DNA of 63,657 nucleotides, filler included, from Octopus bimaculoides (taxonomy: Eukaryota): assembly GCF_001194135.2 (NCBI RefSeq). It is 6 parts of 5 records of this genome, joined end to end, with 100 filler letters (N's around TTAATTAATTAA, not from the genome) between each part and the next. Parts side by side here need not be neighbours in the genome. Positions count along the whole stretch, not along the records: positions 59,827 to 62,515 come from NC_068992.1; positions 62,616 to 63,657 come from NW_026382614.1; 4 more parts are not named here. One strand, 5' to 3'. A program made the position numbers and the translations under genes. The notes under the pieces are model-generated. The model was given only the letters and a program-made list of their open reading frames with translations, was not told where the DNA came from and ran no database searches. Of this stretch, positions 60,506 to 63,657 are shown piece after piece (positions within the stretch are counted from its first letter, which is position 1; the number at the start of each line of letters is the position of its first letter).

Positions 60506-62454
60506 TTTTTCTGCTTAGTAGTTGGGTGGTGGATATCGATGAAATCGACTAGTTCTCTCCACCAGAATTTTAGACCTTGTGTTTTTAGTAGAAAGAATTA
60601 TTATTGCTATTGTTCTTATTATTATTTCTAACATAGAGACAAGGCTATGAACTTTTGGAAGACGGTTATAAAATATTTTAATCAGCACCAATACTAGAAT
60701 GCTATTCCTTTACCGACCCCTATATGATTAAAGACAAAATTTACCTTACCTTCCCACCAAAGGGATTTGAACTACTGACATAAAATTCCCCTTAAATACA
60801 TAAAAACAACCAATTATTTTCACCCGATTGATAACAATCTTCTAATTATATCATCAACTAACTGTTTCGTCTCTTTTTTCTGCTGTTGTTGTTGTTATTG
60901 TTGTTTTATGCTGTGAGAAGATTTATGCCCCTTTTTTATTAGATCTATCAGTACAAGCTTTTAGATTTCCTTCATTTATTACAAGTTGTCTTCTGTGTTT
61001 ATTGCTAATTTCTCACATTGTGTGCCATCGTATGTCTTCCTGTGAGAAATATATTCTTAACCTGCCCCCACAGCAGCAAGTAATTCTACATCATGGTTAT
61101 TTATATATGGATGACGGCACGTATGTGATTCGTGAATATCTGTGTTCGTGTACGGTTATTCATAAAGACATGGTCACACACAAGCAATTATGCATCCATA
61201 CATGCATGCATACATACAAAGATGTATGTATTTTATATACATAAATATATAGATAGATAGATATCTATATATATATACATATACATATATATATGTATGT
61301 ATATATATATATGTANNNNNNNNNNNNNNNNNNNNNNNNNNNNNNNNNNNNNNNNNNNNNNNNNNNNNNNNNNNNNNNNNNNNNNNNNNNNNNNNNNNNN
61401 NNNNNNNNNNNNNNNNNNNNNNNNNNNNNNNNNNNNNNNNNNNNNNNNNNNNNNNNNNNNNNNNNNNNNNNNNNNNNNNNNNNNNNNNNNNNNNNNNNNN
61501 NNNNNNNNNNNNNNNNNNNNNNNNNNNNNNNNNNNNNNNNNNNNNNNNNNNNNNNNNNNNNNNNNNNNNNNNNNNNNNNNNNNNNNNNNNNNNNNNNNNN
61601 NNNNNNNNNNNNNNNNNNNNNNNNNNNNNNNNNNNNNNNNNNNNNNNNNNNNNNNNNNNNNNNNNNNNNNNNNNNNNNNNNNNNNNNNNNNNNNNNNNNN
61701 NNNNNNNNNNNNNNNNNNNNNNNNNNNNNNNNNNNNNNNNNNNNNNNNNNNNNNNNNNNNNNNNNNNNNNNNNNNNNNNNNNNNNNNNNNNNNNNNNNNN
61801 NNNNNNNNNNNNNNNNNNNNNNNNNNNNNNNNNNNNNNNNNNNNNNNNNNNNNNNNNNNNNNNNNNNNNNNNNNNNNNNNNNNNNNNNNNNNNNNNNNNN
61901 NNNNNNNNNNNNNNNNNNNNNNNNNNNNNNNNNNNNNNNNNNNNNNNNNNNNNNNNNNNNNNNNNNNNNNNNNNNNNNNNNNNNNNNNNNNNNNNNNNNN
62001 NNNNNNNNNNNNNNNNNNNNNNNNNNNNNNNNNNNNNNNNNNNNNNNNNNNNNNNNNNNNNNNNNNNNNNNNNNNNNNNNNNNNNNNNNNNNNNNNNNNN
62101 NNNNNNNNNNNNNNNNNNNNNNTATACATATATATATATATGTATGTAAGTATGTATTAATGTATATATTATATACACGCATGCACATATATATACATAT
62201 ATACATTTATATATACATATATATATATATATATACATATATATATACATATATATACATTTATGTATATAAGAGTCAGAGATAGAATATCGTTTCACAA
62301 ATATTCAAAGGATGCATTGTCAGCGTATATGTGTGTGTGTGTGTATTTGTGTGTGTATATTTGTGTGTGTGTATGTGTGTATATGTGCCCGTGTGTGTAT
62401 GTATGTGCATGTGTGTATGCACGTGTGTGTCTGTGTGTGCACGTGTGTGTGTGT

Positions 62455-62515
<61 letters not shown>

Positions 62516-62615
62516 NNNNNNNNNNNNNNNNNNNNNNNNNNNNNNNNNNNNNNNNNNNNTTAATTAATTAANNNNNNNNNNNNNNNNNNNNNNNNNNNNN
62601 NNNNNNNNNNNNNNN

Positions 62616-62950
62616 TCCCCACTCGGTGGTGTTTCGGAGCAAGTCGTCCATATTTGTTTCATTTTACTCTGTTATGTGCGTATGGGCATCCGTAGATTTC
62701 TAATGAAGTAATAAGCAGAAAAGAGAAGCCGTCATAAGAAACCTTACGTTAAAAACAACATGCACACGATTTTTTTTTCTCAATAGAAGTAAATTCCAAA
62801 GTAAACGTTTCTAGTAGAGAAGTAGAAGAGAACAGAAGCAGCGTATTACTTCATTACAAATCTACGGATGCACATACGCACATAATAGAGAAAAATGAAA
62901 CAATTATGGACGACTTGCTCCAAAACACCACCGAGTGGGGAACACTTCTC
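62616..62950. mobile_element. Fold-back MITE with arms of about 98 bp, probably hAT
   Basis: arms 62616-62713 and 62844-62941 with few mismatches; right end reads AAGTGTTCCCC on the minus strand; left end lost in the spacer. Confidence 0.75.
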
Positions 62951-63657
62951 AAAAATAACCTGCAGTTGTTTCCTTCATATTTCCTACATGGTCGAAATGT
63001 ACATACATCATGGTATACTTGTAGAAAATTTCACGAAAAAATATTAATTTTCCTGGAAGTTAAAAAGAATTTAAGTGGACTCTGTTGGAATTTCCGAAAA
63101 TTGTCCCCCACCCCCATTCCAAAACACTTTCAGCTGAATTTTTTGTATATTCGGAATCTACATAATAAATACTATATGCATAGAAAATGTCATTAAAAAA
63201 TATTCATTTTTCTGAAAGTTATGACTTTCCAAAGTCTGGGGGTACAACTCTGTAGTTATGCCGAACTGCATAATATAGTTGGATAAGTGTAGCGCCAAAA
63301 TTACAACGTGTATTGAAATTGAACACCTTGCAAATAATTCTTCATTTATCGAGTAATGCAATTTATTCTTTATTCCTTTACTTGTTCCACTCTCTAAACT
63401 GTGGCCATGCAGGGGCAATACCTTGATGGTTTATGCCTGTAAAATTGACCGGAGAATTTATTTTAAGTCTGCTGCTTATGTCTTTGCCTTTTGCGAAACA
63501 TTTTGCTAAAGGGACATAGAGAAATCAGCACTGTTTGTCAAGCGGTGAGAGAGAAACAGAAAGATGTACATAAAAAGTCACACACTTACACACACATACA
63601 AACACACATACAAACACACTGGCAATCCGTCGATTACAGCAATTATGCACCCACATA

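Noticed and set aside
57402-62298. Long ORFs of 280-580 aa in the track (also at 14.4, 24.3, 37-38, 42, 46 and 56 kb)
   Set aside because: They are open only because they span N gaps and dinucleotide repeats.

Overview
AT-rich, microsatellite-dense eukaryotic genomic DNA. The SINE/LINE families resemble those of a coleoid cephalopod, probably Octopus (inference from recall, not a database match). Five identical 100-bp spacers (44 N + TTAATTAATTAA + 44 N) split the window into six joined pieces, so long-range adjacency is not guaranteed. Three spliced genes were reconstructed by hand, all on the + strand with compatible intron phases: (1) the last 10 coding exons of a pericentrin/AKAP9-like protein with a PACT domain (412-14.36 kb); (2) the middle of RBM28/Nop4 (RRM2 to the approach to RRM4, 19.4-30.7 kb, cut by a join); (3) the first two exons of enkurin (35561-39757) behind an RFX X-box. 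Most of the rest is transposon debris: RTE, R4/Dong, Hero, CR1/L2-like and Penelope-like retroelements, several tRNA-SINE families, mariner/Tigger/hAT/piggyBac MITEs and fold-backs. Most supplied ORFs are microsatellite or N-gap artefacts. The most interesting signal is a set of minimal Penelope-type hammerhead ribozyme motifs (CUGANGA-A-stem II-GAAA-palindrome-UH) in two unrelated non-coding element families. One family is a tRNA-headed SINE. Both occur as head-to-head fold-backs in RBM28 introns, a few kb from a Penelope-like RT fragment. All folds were made by eye; none was computed or tested.
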